Shown here: positions 26,609-38,836 of the stretch, in pieces
Numbering within the stretch: position 1 is the stretch's first letter
Layout of the letters: every line of letters begins with the position of its first letter
From: Octopus sinensis
Taxonomy: Eukaryota
Direction: 5' to 3'
Assembly (NCBI RefSeq): GCF_006345805.1
Contig: NC_043002.1
Span: 4,278,001 to 4,342,000, forward strand
DNA: 64,000 nt
The notes under the pieces: model-generated
Told to the model about the DNA's origin: nothing
Databases searched by the model: none
What the model saw: the letters and a program-made list of their open reading frames with translations, nothing else
Position numbers and translations under genes: made by a program

Positions 26609-28344
26609 CTGCTGCTGATGTTGTGGCGAAGGCATCGGTAACAGAGAGAGTTTTCTTACACTTTTCTTTGCCCCGAGTAAAAAGCTCTTGGATGGTTTGA
26701 GTCCCCATATATTTGGCATCTCGGCTTTTTACCCGCAACTGTTATAAGTAGCTATAAGCCATTTGAGAGGTTGATTAAATCAGGGATGGCTTCAATGCTC
26801 CTTGGTTTGTTTGAATTAATAGATCCAATCCATCCTTGTCCCTGACGAAAGAACCTTTCCCGGTCTGTGGACTTGCAAAATACACGTTTTATTTTCTATA
26901 CCATATAATACGGCTGCAACCAGCGAGGAAATATTTACTTTTATTTTGAGCAACCTTTATCTTTAGGCATCTCCGGTCGACGTGTACTGGAATCATCGGT
27001 CTTTAACGTTGTTGTCAAATTTTCTTTTGTCTTTTCGACTCGAACCCTCACCTCATCTGTGTCAAAATGTTTTCCTCGAGTTACGCAGGATTTTATGTCT
27101 CTAACTGGTTTAAGATATCTTTTAATTCGGGACTCTTTCGTTCGCTCAAGTCTGCTCTTTGAGCAAAACTTCTAGCATGAATATTGTAACTAGTTGAATA
27201 AGGTGTCAAATGTTGGGCGCTCCAAAAACTACGGCCGTTTCAGCTTCATAATTGCGCCTGGTTTTTCTTCCAGCAAAATACATAAAATCATATACCACAA
27301 ATTTTAAAATGAGTAGGAAGATAATCCAAAATGAAGAATTTCGTAGCAAAATCGAATTAAGAGACGACAAAACTAGACATAGCCTCGTCAGTAGCCGGTC
27401 ATTCAATATTTTTGTAAATCTGTGACAATTCTTGGTCCATTTCTAAATTGTTATATCCATTATTCTGCCTGTCCGTGACAAAACTTGTAGATAATAGAAT
27501 TCGGAAAGCTTCCCGCGGGAGATAACGGACAAACCCGAACTGTCACGGATAGGACAGCGACTCATCAAAGTGATACGCACAATTAAACACTATTTTATCA
27601 CATCCTCATCTGATTAATTTGATAGACACACAGCTTCAGTTTTGTTTTGCTTTTATTTGATTATATGCCTTTAAAATGTGCGCTCGTATATATGCGAAGA
27701 ATAGGTATGTAGGTATCAATGTGTGAATGTATGTATATATATATGGATCTATGTATGTAAGTACATAAGTACGTGTGCACATACGCACGCACACATACAT
27801 TGTTCAGCGTATCTTTTTGTGTGTGTTTGCATGTATTTATTTCAATATACATCAATACACACTCACATATGTATATATGTATGTATGTATATATGCAATT
27901 ATATATGTATGTATGCATGCATATATATGTGTGTGTGCATATGTGTGTATTTGTGTATGTACTTATACACACACACACAATAAGTATATATAATTATTCT
28001 TCCCCGCATATATAGAAGCATATATATAATATAGATATTATATATATTATACACACACACATGCATACATAAACCTCATATATTTAGGTATATATGTATA
28101 AATATTTACATACATTCATACATTCTCTTTCCTTCTGTCTATATCAAACTCTCTCGCATACGCTCACATACAAAAGTATAGTGTCATTTTCAGGAAGGCA
28201 TATATATATATATATATGTATGTATATATACATACATGAGGAAGCACATAAATGCAACACAAGATGGAAAAAAAATAGTACTCGGAAACCGGAGATAGAG
28301 TAATATATTTTTTTTAATTAAAGCTGCACAAACTCCACGAAAGC

Positions 28345-28382
28345 CTGCTACTCAGAGTTTCATGTTCCCGTTAGTCGGGCAG
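28345..28382 (-). ncRNA. degenerate minimal type I hammerhead-like motif
   Basis: CTGC-CCGACTA-ACGGGAACAT-GAAAC-TCTGA-GTA-GCAG: 4-bp stem I and GAAAC..GUA present, core U4 and G8 substituted, stem II not formed. Confidence 0.4.
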
Positions 28383-28478
28383 TTGTGCTTCAGAATGGAA
28401 TAAAATTTTATACCATTTTTGGTGATGTTTTTGCAGTTTTAATAATAAAAAAAGTATTTACATATACATATACATACA

Positions 28479-28513
<35 letters not shown>

Positions 28514-28606
28514 GTAAATAAGGGTAGAAATTGATATTAATCAATTAAAACCAGTGGCCTAGCATATTTTAAAAAAAATCCGAAGATTAAAATTTTTTTT
28601 ATATGC

Positions 28607-28930
28607 AAAATTTAGAGGACTGACCACTAAAACATGGACAGCCTGTATGCTAGATATAGACGTCAAAATCGCCATTTTCCATGAAGAATGTGTTCTCAAG
28701 AAAAAATTCAGCAAAAAACCAAAGTGTAAAAATAAGCAAGACAAATGAAAATATACGAAATAAAAAGCGTTTTTTATTTCGTATATTTTCATTTGTCTTG
28801 CTTATTTTTACACTTTGGTTTTTTGCTGAATTTTTTCTTGAGAACACATTCTTCATGGAAAATGGCGATTTTGACGTCTATATCTAGCATACAGGCTGTC
28901 CATGTTTTAGTGGTCGGTCCTCTAAATTTT
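28607..28930. repeat. 324-bp near-perfect palindrome
   Basis: Arms 28607-28766 and 28771-28930 are reverse complements at 159 of 160 positions; 4-nt centre GCGT; the ORF track shows the same peptide on both strands. Confidence 0.98.
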
Positions 28931-28991
28931 TTGTGTGTATATATATATATATAGAGAGAGAGAGATTACAACAAAATTTTATATCTTGGAC

Positions 28992-29056
28992 ATAGAGTTA
29001 CTCGAGGTTTCGTATCCAAAAAGCCAGAACCTTGTGGACAGCTGGTCAGACTCTAT
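28992..29056 (-). ncRNA. type I hammerhead ribozyme motif with G8C core substitution
   Basis: ATAGAGT-CTGACCA-GCTGTCCA..TGGATAC-GAAAC-CTCGA-GTA-ACTCTAT: perfect 7-bp stem I, G10.1-C11.1 closing stem II, GAAA, GUA cleavage triplet. Confidence 0.75.
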
Positions 29057-30010
29057 ATAAAAAGAGAAACATTTTTTAATTTCTACGTCACAGACGTGAA
29101 GAAACGCTCGGAAAACAAGAAATACATCTTAACAAAAAACGTTAACGAGAACGGGTTATTTCCTCTGAATCAGAGGGAAAAACAACTCTTAAAGACCCGA
29201 AGAGGCCTAACTAGTAAACGGGTAGATCCACTTTTCCAGTAAGTAGACACATTTAGAAAACACTTCTTTCCGACTATTTAACGCGCCAGGTTTCGTATGG
29301 TCCTTAAGAATTTTGGCTCTCTCCGCGATGCAGATCTTGCAACGGCCACTTCCATTAATATATGGGCCCGGATGATCAATTAATTTCCACCTGATATCAC
29401 ACGGGGTCCCTTGATCTTTGAGGTGCCACACATGGCGGATCAGGGACATGACAAACTGTCTTTCTGGGACTCTGAAGGATGACTGGTGGTTAAAAAAACG
29501 TCGCTTGAAGGAAGTGCTCGCGGATCCATTATATTTACAAACATGGGATGTAGCCCTAATCGCACCCCTGGTAACATATGGTGCTCGTCATCCCATCGCT
29601 ATCGAAGGTTAGTATTTGGTCATCATCCGTGGTGGTGGCAATGGAAACAGCGAATACCTCCTCCATGTCGCTGGTCCTGCTGAATTGGTCATCATTTCTA
29701 GGCGCGGCGATTGTATTGGTGGTATCATACGTTGCGGGCCTGGTCACTCTATCTGTGTCTATGAATTATTCATTATTGCCGGCGCTTGTACCGGGGTCTT
29801 CGGCGACGCTGTCTTTGACGCTGGTCCCGGACTCGTTATTATATTGGCGTGAGATCTGGTTAATCTGCTGTTGGATGTTACAATACTGTTATTGCGGATA
29901 GCAGGTCTAGGTAGCCTCATAGATGACCCCTTCAGTCTCGCATCGGCCTCCTACTGGGCAGTTATTATATACCCTGAAAGAGCAATCTGCCTCCTCCGGG
30001 TACTTGTTAA
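28992..30010 (-). mobile_element. Penelope-like element relic (GIY-YIG endonuclease, 3' region, hammerhead)
   Basis: CPVGGRCETEGVIYEAT; KYNGSASTSFKRRFFNHQSSF; LIRHVWHLKD..IRWKLI..PY..RCKICIAE..LNSRKEVFSKC. Confidence 0.85.
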
Positions 30011-30204
30011 AATGTTTTTTTTTATGTTAGGTACACAAATAAAGGTGACTCTGAGGTCGTGTCTGTTAAATAAATGCCTGCATCTATGTGTGTGTGTGTG
30101 TGAATATGTTTGTCTATCAATCTAAGGAAAATCTTTCCTACACGTCTTGACCTTGAGCGAGAAGGTTGGTGCAAACCAAACGACATTTCTGCGGCGCTTC
30201 TTTT

Positions 30205-30531
30205 TCCGGGTTCCAGTTGATCCGATCAACAGAATAGCCTGCTCGTGAAATTAACGTGCAAGTGGCTGAGTACTCCACAGACAGTAGTTCTCGGGAAGAT
30301 TCAGTGTGACAAGGCTGGCCCTTTGAAATACAGGTACAACAAAAACAGGAAGAAAGAGTGAGAGAAGTTGTAGTGGAATAGTATAGCAGTGTTCGCCACA
30401 CCCTCTGACGGAGCTTCGTGGAGATTTAGGTATTTTCACTCAATAAACACTTATAACACCCGGTCTGGGAATCGAAACCGCAATCCTATGACCGCGAGTC
30501 CGCTGCCTTAACCACTGGGCCATTGCACCTC
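30205..30531 (-). mobile_element. SINE family C, tail type i, diverged
   Basis: Aligns to 14711-15096. Confidence 0.85.
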
Positions 30532-30650
30532 TACATATATAGACATTTACATATACGTACGCACATTCACATGAACGCACACAGATATAGACACAGACAC
30601 AGACACAGTCACACATGCGCTCGCACACACACGCACACACACACACACAC

Positions 30651-30711
<61 letters not shown>

Positions 30712-30769
30712 CTTCGGAACAAAGACGATCAGCTGTGAGCCAAATGTATGAATATCGCACTTGACAATT

Positions 30770-31640
30770 TCCGTGACCAGATTTTTAATTTTCCATATAA
30801 TGTCTTACATAAACAAAGAATTAAGTCAAATATCAGCACCACTGAATGGAAAAATAATAATAAATTTTCTATTAATGTATCTGGTGGAGACTGAATGTTA
30901 TAAAAATCTTGTTTTACCCATACCGGAAGTGGATATACATGACGAAAGGTTAAAGATTACAACCAACAGAATGTAATGAATATCCATACAACTTCTTTAC
31001 ACAAATAGAAATAGAAATAGAATATAATGCAGCTATAGATCTAACTTTAAATGTAAATGAAGTCGTTTCTACTGCATATCAAATGCTCACAAAGGCAAAA
31101 TTGTAAGTGAAGCTAACAAAGAATCGGCAAACGTTTGCATTGATGTTCCATCGCCAAATGATTTAAAATGAAGACGGTCCAACTTGTGAAACCTATTGTT
31201 TGAGTTTAGACATCATATTGAAAGATTAGATCTAGATATGGTGAACCATCTTTCCAAAACGATCAATGAAAACTTTGCTTCTTCAATTTTCTGATGTTGT
31301 GAATTTGTGAACAAATATCCCATACAACTATGGAACAGAAGCGATTAAATCCTGGTGGAAGTATTTTGCGGAATTACCAGAATGTATAGAAAAAGAATTG
31401 ATAATTTAAGGATTAAAATTTATTCTCCAAAATAGCTATCTCGTACTTGATGTCTAATGTTACCGACAAAGACACCCGGAACTGCAATGGGCACGAAATT
31501 ACTCTCCTTTATGCAATTTTTGCTGTGGGATATTTGGAAATTATAATGCATGGAGAATCGCCACGAAAACATGGACGCTCTTTCTAGCAATATATGAGAA
31601 AATTGGAAGATACATGGCTGATACTTTCATTCTTTCTTAC
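30770..31640 (+). mobile_element. possible hAT (SPIN/Charlie-type) transposase relic
   Basis: Only scattered weak resemblances across frameshifts (YKNLVL..PEV, PIQL-ME, HPEL, ALSSNI). Confidence 0.25.
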
Positions 31641-31919
31641 AATATGTTGAATAGACCATATTCCCGTTATTTCCATTTCTTATATTTCATCCTTTATCGA
31701 TAATTCTGCTTCACTTATTACGTATTATTTACCTATCCAAAATAACCTGAAGCTGTATAAATATAACTGTTATTCTAATCTAGTTTTAAAAGTCAGTTTT
31801 CGATACTTCGAAGTCACTGTCATCTTCTTAAATAATAAATATTCAACTCTATTTTACATATTGAGTTCCATATTTAATGCTGTTTTCATATATCTAGCTT
31901 ATCGTCTCACACTCCTCTT

Positions 31920-31932
31920 GTCCTGTTTGTCC

Positions 31933-32015
<83 letters not shown>

Positions 32016-32016
32016 C

Positions 32017-32063
<47 letters not shown>

Positions 32064-32064
32064 C

Positions 32065-32097
<33 letters not shown>

Positions 32098-32142
32098 CCT
32101 ATCTATCTATCTATCTCTCTATCTATCTATCTATCTATCTAT
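31920..32142. repeat. (TGTC)n(TATC)n array, 5' flank of Tx1 element
   Basis: Directly visible. Confidence 0.95.
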
Positions 32143-35100
32143 CGTATCTAGATAGGATCGTATCTAGATAGGATACTGTGTAGGACAGTAGATAGAGATA
32201 GCATAGGATGTCCACAATTCCACATAGTCAGCTACACGGATCACAAACTTGTGACATGTACGCTAGACTTAGGTAAGACACTTAGGCAGGGTCCCGGATA
32301 CTGGAAACTAAACGCGTCTTTCCCATCGAGACAAGTTTTCAGAGACCGGATTAGCACACTAGTAAAGAGGGCTTTGACGGGAGCCATCATCAACAACAAA
32401 TGGTGGTTTGCCCTCAAGAGAGCAGTAAAAGCAGAAGCGATTAGGTACAGCAAAGCACTAGCCATAGATAGAAATAGAGTAGAGGGTGAGCTAGTTAAGA
32501 AGCTAGAAGAGGCAATTAGAAGCGGCATCGCATCCGACGTTTTGGCGGCGAGGTTGGCCCTCGACCAATACTTCAACGCCAAACACGAAGGATGTGCTGT
32601 CAGAGCTAGGATGCGTGCTCTAAGGAACGAAGGTGTTGGAGCCGCGAGAGAGGCCCGGGTGGCAGAGGCGCAACAGGGCAACAAAGCCACCATTCGGTCA
32701 CTGGTAGATGAACAGGGGCGCGAATTGCTCGAGCCAAGTAAATGTGTGAGGCCTTTCAGCAGCATTTTGCCCGACTGTTCGGAACGAGTGGAGGGCAAGA
32801 ACGTAGGGTGGACTTCAGTGCCTACCTACATAGCCTACCACGACTCTCGACAAGAAGGGCAGGTGTGCTGCGAAGGTGCCATCACGGCGGCGGAAGTGCG
32901 GGAAGCGATGGCAGAATGCTCGAGGGACAAATCACCGGGTTTGGATGGTCTACCCTACGAGCTTTACAATTGTATGCCAGACTTGTTTGGAGATCTCTTG
33001 GCGGCGGTGTACTGCAACTGGCAGCAAAACGGGAGCATTCCTGGTTTTGTGAGCCGAGGAGCCGTAACACTGCTGAAGAAAGATCTAAACAAGGGAAATG
33101 TAATAGATAACTTTAGGCCCATCACTCTGCTTAATGCAGACTTGAAAATTTTGGCCAAGGTGCTAGCCAAGAGGTTGGCGCTTGTCATCGAGAAACTGGT
33201 CGACAAGGCGCAAACATGCGCCGTGCCAGGCCGGACCATCCATGACAACCTCCATCTGATGCGCTACACATCATAGACAGGGTAGTTAACGAACCTGGCA
33301 TGGGTGGGGCCCTGATCAACTTGGATCAATCGAAAGCCTTTGATAGGGTAGACCATCGATACTTGGAGGCAGTCCTGAGAGCGGCTGGTTTCGGTCCCGT
33401 CTTCCGCGGCTGGATAGCTGCCTTGTACAGAGGCATCCGTTCGGTAATTCGCGTAAATGGACATCTATCGAGACCTTTCGACATTGCACGTTCGGTCCGT
33501 CAGGGATGCCCCCTCTCGGCGCTTCTATACGTATTGACTCTTGAGCCACTACTGCGCGGAAGCTGGCGACTCTAAGGGGCATCCCGCGAGAATTGGGATG
33601 CGGGACGAGCGTGTCTGCATACGCGGACGACGTCACCGTCATAGTGTCTAGCCACGAGCACATCGAGCTGGTCGGCGAGACACTGAAAAACTACGAAGCG
33701 GTGACAGGAGCGAAAATCAACCGGGAAAAGTCAGTGGGCTTGCGACTAGGCACCTGGAGAAGCAAGCCCATGCCGTCCACCAGCGCCTCCGTCGTGGGAC
33801 GCTGGACCGACGGCCCGGTTGAGTTGCTCGGGGTCTGGTTTGGTCCGGACCTCCAAGTGGAGAAGAACTGGAACGAGATAACGAGTAGGGTGGTCACTCT
33901 CGCCCGGCAATGGGCCGAGAGGAACTGTCCCTAAAAGGTCGAGCGGAGGTGGCGAACACGTACATCGCGTCCGTCATCTACTACCGCCTGACCGTCGTAC
34001 CTTGTCCCGACCCTACCATCACCAAACTACAACGCATCCTCTTTCGCTTCTTGTGAAAGGATGCGTCCCGATGGTCAGGCGATCCATTTGCTGTCAACAC
34101 CCGTTAAAAGGAGGGCTGGGGCATGCCGTGGTTGATGATGCGCAGACACGCGCTGAGACTGCGACATCTCTGGCTCTATGTAGACGACGGTGAACAGGTG
34201 TGGTCGCCGTTTGTGAGGTACGCTTTCCCGCAGCTCGTCTCCATGACCGAACTGCAGTCGTGGATCAAAAAGAGGCCGAGGAAGGGCGAATGGCACCGCG
34301 AGTGTCGCGTTGCTCTCAAGCAACTCTGCCGTCCTGGGTCGACCTTAAGTGACTTCAACACAACCAAAGCATTCTATAGGGGTTTAGTGGAGGGAGGTAC
34401 GACGACGAGCTCGGGGCGAACCTGGACGTCGACGAGGAGTACCTGACCCGCCTGTTCGGGACGACTTTCGGGCCAGGGCCCATGGACAACTTCCAGAGAT
34501 CCCTGGCCTGGCAGTGCTACCGAGAAGCGCTACCCGTTCGGGATAAGCTCTACAGACACGGCTCGAGAAACACGGGCCGACCTGCCCGAGATGCGGTCAG
34601 AGCGACGAAACCGTTCTGCACGCACTCGTTCAGTGTCCAACAATTTCCGACCTGTGGGCTTATGTCGACAACTGCTGTCACGTGTGGGACGAGTCGGTTT
34701 ATCAGCTGAGTCTATCGTCAATATTGTCACGCCTCCTTCCTTCAAACGGGAAGGAAGAGCTATTTTTCATCATCCTTGTGGCTATGGCGAAAGAATGTAT
34801 CTGGTGGACGCGTCTGAAAGGATTGGAGACAAACACTTTCCTCTCTGGTCAATCTCTCATCAACTTCTTCAAGTACCACTTGAAAGGAAAGTGAGAGTAG
34901 AGAGGCAAGTTTTGTCTAGCGAATGTTTTAAAAAAGATGGGTGAATGTAGCAAGAATGGCACGTATGAATGACGAAGCCACCTTGAGCATAGTCCTATGA
35001 ACCCAGAAATCGAAAACAGAGAGTTGCTTATTTGCAAAAAAAAGAATATAAAATGTGACTTCATTGACCGAGGTTACCGTGGTCTTTTCCGTAGGCTTTT

Positions 35101-35373
35101 CTTCCCACGGGTAAACCTCACCTGTCCTCCCCTTTACACTTCATATTGACATTTCTGTGATAACGATCCCTATTGATCAATTTTTTTCCTCTCCCCTTTT
35201 TTTTTTTTAACACCCCCCTTTCTTTTGTCCTCTTTCTCTCCTTTTACGATCCCTTTTGATCGAACTCCCCCTTCCTTTTTTTTTTTTTTTTTTTTTTTTA
35301 AACCTTCAAAAGAAAAGCTCTACCTTGTAATTGTTCTATCTGTGTGCAGCCCTGTGTGGCTAATAAAGAAACA
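32143..35373 (+). mobile_element. Tx1-clade (L1 group) LINE, 5'-truncated inside the endonuclease, multiple frameshifts
   Basis: YLDRI..SYTDHKLV..GPGYWKLN (APE C-terminus), KSPGLDGLPYELY, NFRPITLLNADLKILAK, LDQSKAFDRVDH, SVRQGCPLS, AYADDVTV, CPRCGQSDETVLHALVQC knuckle; 3' UTR ends AATAAAGAAACA. Confidence 0.95.
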
Positions 35374-35394
35374 TATCTATCTATCTATCTATCC

Positions 35395-35459
<65 letters not shown>

Positions 35460-35460
35460 C

Positions 35461-35513
<53 letters not shown>

Positions 35514-35529
35514 AATCTATCTATCTATA

Positions 35530-35586
<57 letters not shown>

Positions 35587-35608
35587 CTCTATCTATCTAT
35601 CTATCTAC

Positions 35609-35661
<53 letters not shown>

Positions 35662-35690
35662 GATCTATCGATCTATCTATTTATCTATGC
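35374..35690. repeat. (TATC)n array, 3' flank of Tx1 element
   Basis: Directly visible. Confidence 0.95.
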
Positions 35691-36324
35691 AATATAGACT
35701 GGCGTGATGCAGTTGTATGTTGATGTTTCATTTGTATTTTGCTTGTAACAAACTTTTCATAGCAACTTACCGAATTTTTTATTTTTTTGTGTGGAATTCT
35801 CAATACAATTGTAAGTAATTTCGCTCCTTCAGTATTTCGTGTACTGTATTAAAATATTTGTCTGGAATGGTTCCTTATTGCAAATGAATGTCAAACGTGC
35901 AACGAAGTGTCGCATTTGTGAGTCCAATGTAACAGTTTCGCTAATGTAGTTTACAAATTTCTTGTATAAATTGAAATCCGAATATTCCATTGGTTGTCTG
36001 AAATACACGCTGCAGTTGCTTGTTCGAGGTTTCGTGCTGAGGAGAAGGTTTTTCATTCTAAAATTTGATATATTTTAACTATGAGTTTGTTGGTATGTGT
36101 GATGCTTTTATTCTATGATTTTTAAAAAAAATATCGTAGTCATCAATTCTGTAACGAGTCTCTGCTTGGTTCTGGTGCCATACTAGTACTATATACAAAG
36201 ACTAATGGGAAAATAGGAATAGTTTAAAAAATTTTTTTTTTGAAAATGGATAAACTCCAACATAGTCATGTCTTAAAAAAATATGCTTGAAAAAAAAAAA
36301 ACCTCCCTCCCATACATACGAACA

Positions 36325-36516
36325 TCTTTTATCTGTTTCAGTTATTTGACTGTGGCCATGCTGGGGCCTGCAAAATCTTTTAGCTTGGTACTTATTCTAT
36401 CAGACTCTTATACCGGACCACTAAGTTACTGGGACTTAAACAAATCAACAAAGGTTGTCAAGCGGTAGTAGGAGACAGACTCAAAGACACACGCGTGCGT
36501 ACACACACACACACAC

Positions 36517-36566
<50 letters not shown>

Positions 36567-36740
36567 CATACATACACGTCGAGCTTCTTTCAGTTTCCGT
36601 CTCCCAAATCCACTCACAAGGCTTTGGTCGGCTGGCAGCTGTAGAAGAAGACACTTTCCCAAAGTGCCACGCAGTGGGACTGAACCCAGAGCCCTGTGGT
36701 TTGGAAACAAGCTTCTTACTACACAACCATGTCTGTGCCT
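36325..36740 (-). mobile_element. SINE family A, diverged
   Basis: Aligns to 1566-1985 including internal (TG)n. Confidence 0.85.
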
Positions 36741-36755
36741 GTACATGTGAGAAAC

Positions 36756-36847
36756 GATCCTCCACCTAAGGACGAACTAGGTTCGACTTTGCTTAACTTG
36801 TGTGATCGGACGAAAAGCGGCGCAATCAACGTGACATAGCTGTAAGC
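36756..36847 (-). pseudogene. 5S rRNA-derived sequence (first about 92 nt)
   Basis: GCTTACAGCTATGTCACGTTGATTGCGCCGCTTTTCGTCCGATCACACAAGTTAAGCAAAGTCGAACCTAGTTCGTCCTTAGGTGGAGGATC aligns without gaps to the metazoan 5S sequence as I recall it, at roughly two-thirds identity; box A-like AGTTAAGC retained. Confidence 0.8.
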
Positions 36848-36857
36848 ATGTATATGT

Positions 36858-37015
36858 AATGTATGTATGTATGTATGTATGTATGTATGTATGTATGTAT
36901 GTATGTATGTATGTATGTATGTATGTATGTATGCATGTATGTATGTATGTATGTATGTATTTATGTATGTATGTATGTATGAATGTATGTATGTATGTAT
37001 GTATGTATGTATGTA

Positions 37016-37046
<31 letters not shown>

Positions 37047-37224
37047 ATGTATGTATGTATGTATGTATGTATGTATTTATGTATGTATGTATGTATGTAT
37101 GTATGTATGTGTGTATGTATGTATGCATGTATGTATGTATGTATGTATGTATTTATGTATGTATGTATGTATGTATGTAGTATGTTGTATGTATGTATGT
37201 AGGTATGTATGTATGTAGTATGTA

Positions 37225-37255
<31 letters not shown>

Positions 37256-38560
37256 ATGTATGTATGTATGTTATGATGTATGTATGTATGTATGTATGTA
37301 TGTATGCATGTATGTATGTATGTATGTATTTATGTATGTATGTATGTATTTATGTATGTATATATGTATGCATGTATGTATGTATGTATGTGTGTATGTA
37401 TGCGTGTATGTATGTATGTAGTATGTATGTATGTATGTATGTATGCATGTATGTAAGCATGTATGTATGCATGTATGTATGTATGTATGCATGTATGTAT
37501 GTATGTATGCATGTATGTAAGCATGTATGTATGTATGCATGTATGTATGTATGTATGCATGTATGTATGTATGTATGTATGCATGTATGTATGTATGCAT
37601 GTATGTATGTATGCATGTATGTATGTATGTATGTATGCATGTATGTATGTATGTATGTATGTATGTATGCATGTATGTATGTATGTATGTATGCATGTAT
37701 GTATGTATGCATGTATGTAAGCATGTATGTATGTATGTATGTATGCATGTATGTATGTATGTATGTATGCATGTATGTATGTATGCATGTATGTAAGCAT
37801 GTATGTATGTATGTATGTATGCATGTATGTATGTATGTATGTATGTATGTATGTATGCATGTATGTAAGCATGTATGTATGTATGTATGTATGTATGTAT
37901 GCATGTATGTATGTATGTATGTATGTATGTATGTATGTATGTATGCATGTATGTAAGCATGTATGTATGTATGTATGTATGTATGTATGTATGTATGTAT
38001 GCATGTATGTAAGCATGTATGTATGTATGTATGTATGTATGCATGTATGTAAGCATGTATGTATGTATGTATGTATGTATGCATGTATGTATGTATGTAT
38101 GTATGTATGTATGTATGTATGTATGCATGTATGTAAGCATGTATGTATGTATGTATGTATGTATGTATGTATGCATGTATGCATGTATGTAAGCATGTAT
38201 GTATGTATGTATGTAATGCATGTATGTAAGCATGTATGTATGTATTATGTGTATGAGATGTATGTATGTATGCATGCATGTAGTATGCATGTATGTAAGC
38301 ATGTATGTATGTATGTATGTATTGTATGTATGCATGTATGTATGTATGTATGTATGTATGTATGTATGTATGTATGTATGTTATGTATGCATGTATGTAA
38401 GCATGTATGCATGTATGTATGTATGTATGTATGTATGTATGTATGTATGCATGTATGTAAGCATGTATGTATGTATGTATGTATGTATGTATGCATGTAT
38501 GTAAGCATGTATGTATGCATACATGCATGTTTGTATGTATGTATATGTACATATATGTAC
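36858..38560. repeat. 1.7-kb (TATG)n array with variant units
   Basis: Directly visible. Confidence 0.95.
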
Positions 38561-38725
38561 ACACACATATCTGAAATATGTGCGCTTGCGCATGTGTCTG
38601 TGTGTATGTGTGTATGTTTGTATGTGTGTATGTGTGTATGTGTGTATGTGTATGAGTGTGTGTGTGCGTGAAAAAGTGTGTATGTGTGTGTGAGAGTGTC
38701 TGTATGTGTATGAGTGTGCTTGTTA

Positions 38726-38836
38726 GTATTTTTACAAGGGAAAGCGTGACATTAACTTTGAAGTTTGGCCGCTGATTGGATTACGGTCACCGTTGGAATT
38801 TCGAAGTCACTAACAACTTTTTCCTTGTAAAAATAC
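38726..38836. mobile_element. small MITE-like element
   Basis: Terminal inverted repeat GTATTTTTACAAGG / CCTTGTAAAAATAC; no clear TSD. Confidence 0.45.

Noticed and set aside
28607-28660. CTGACCA in the palindrome arm as a third hammerhead core
   Set aside because: No GAAA and no stem I pairing
32251-33276. 341-aa ORF as a functional Tx1 protein
   Set aside because: Contains compensating frameshifts near 32750-32860 and ends before the RT core; the copy is dead
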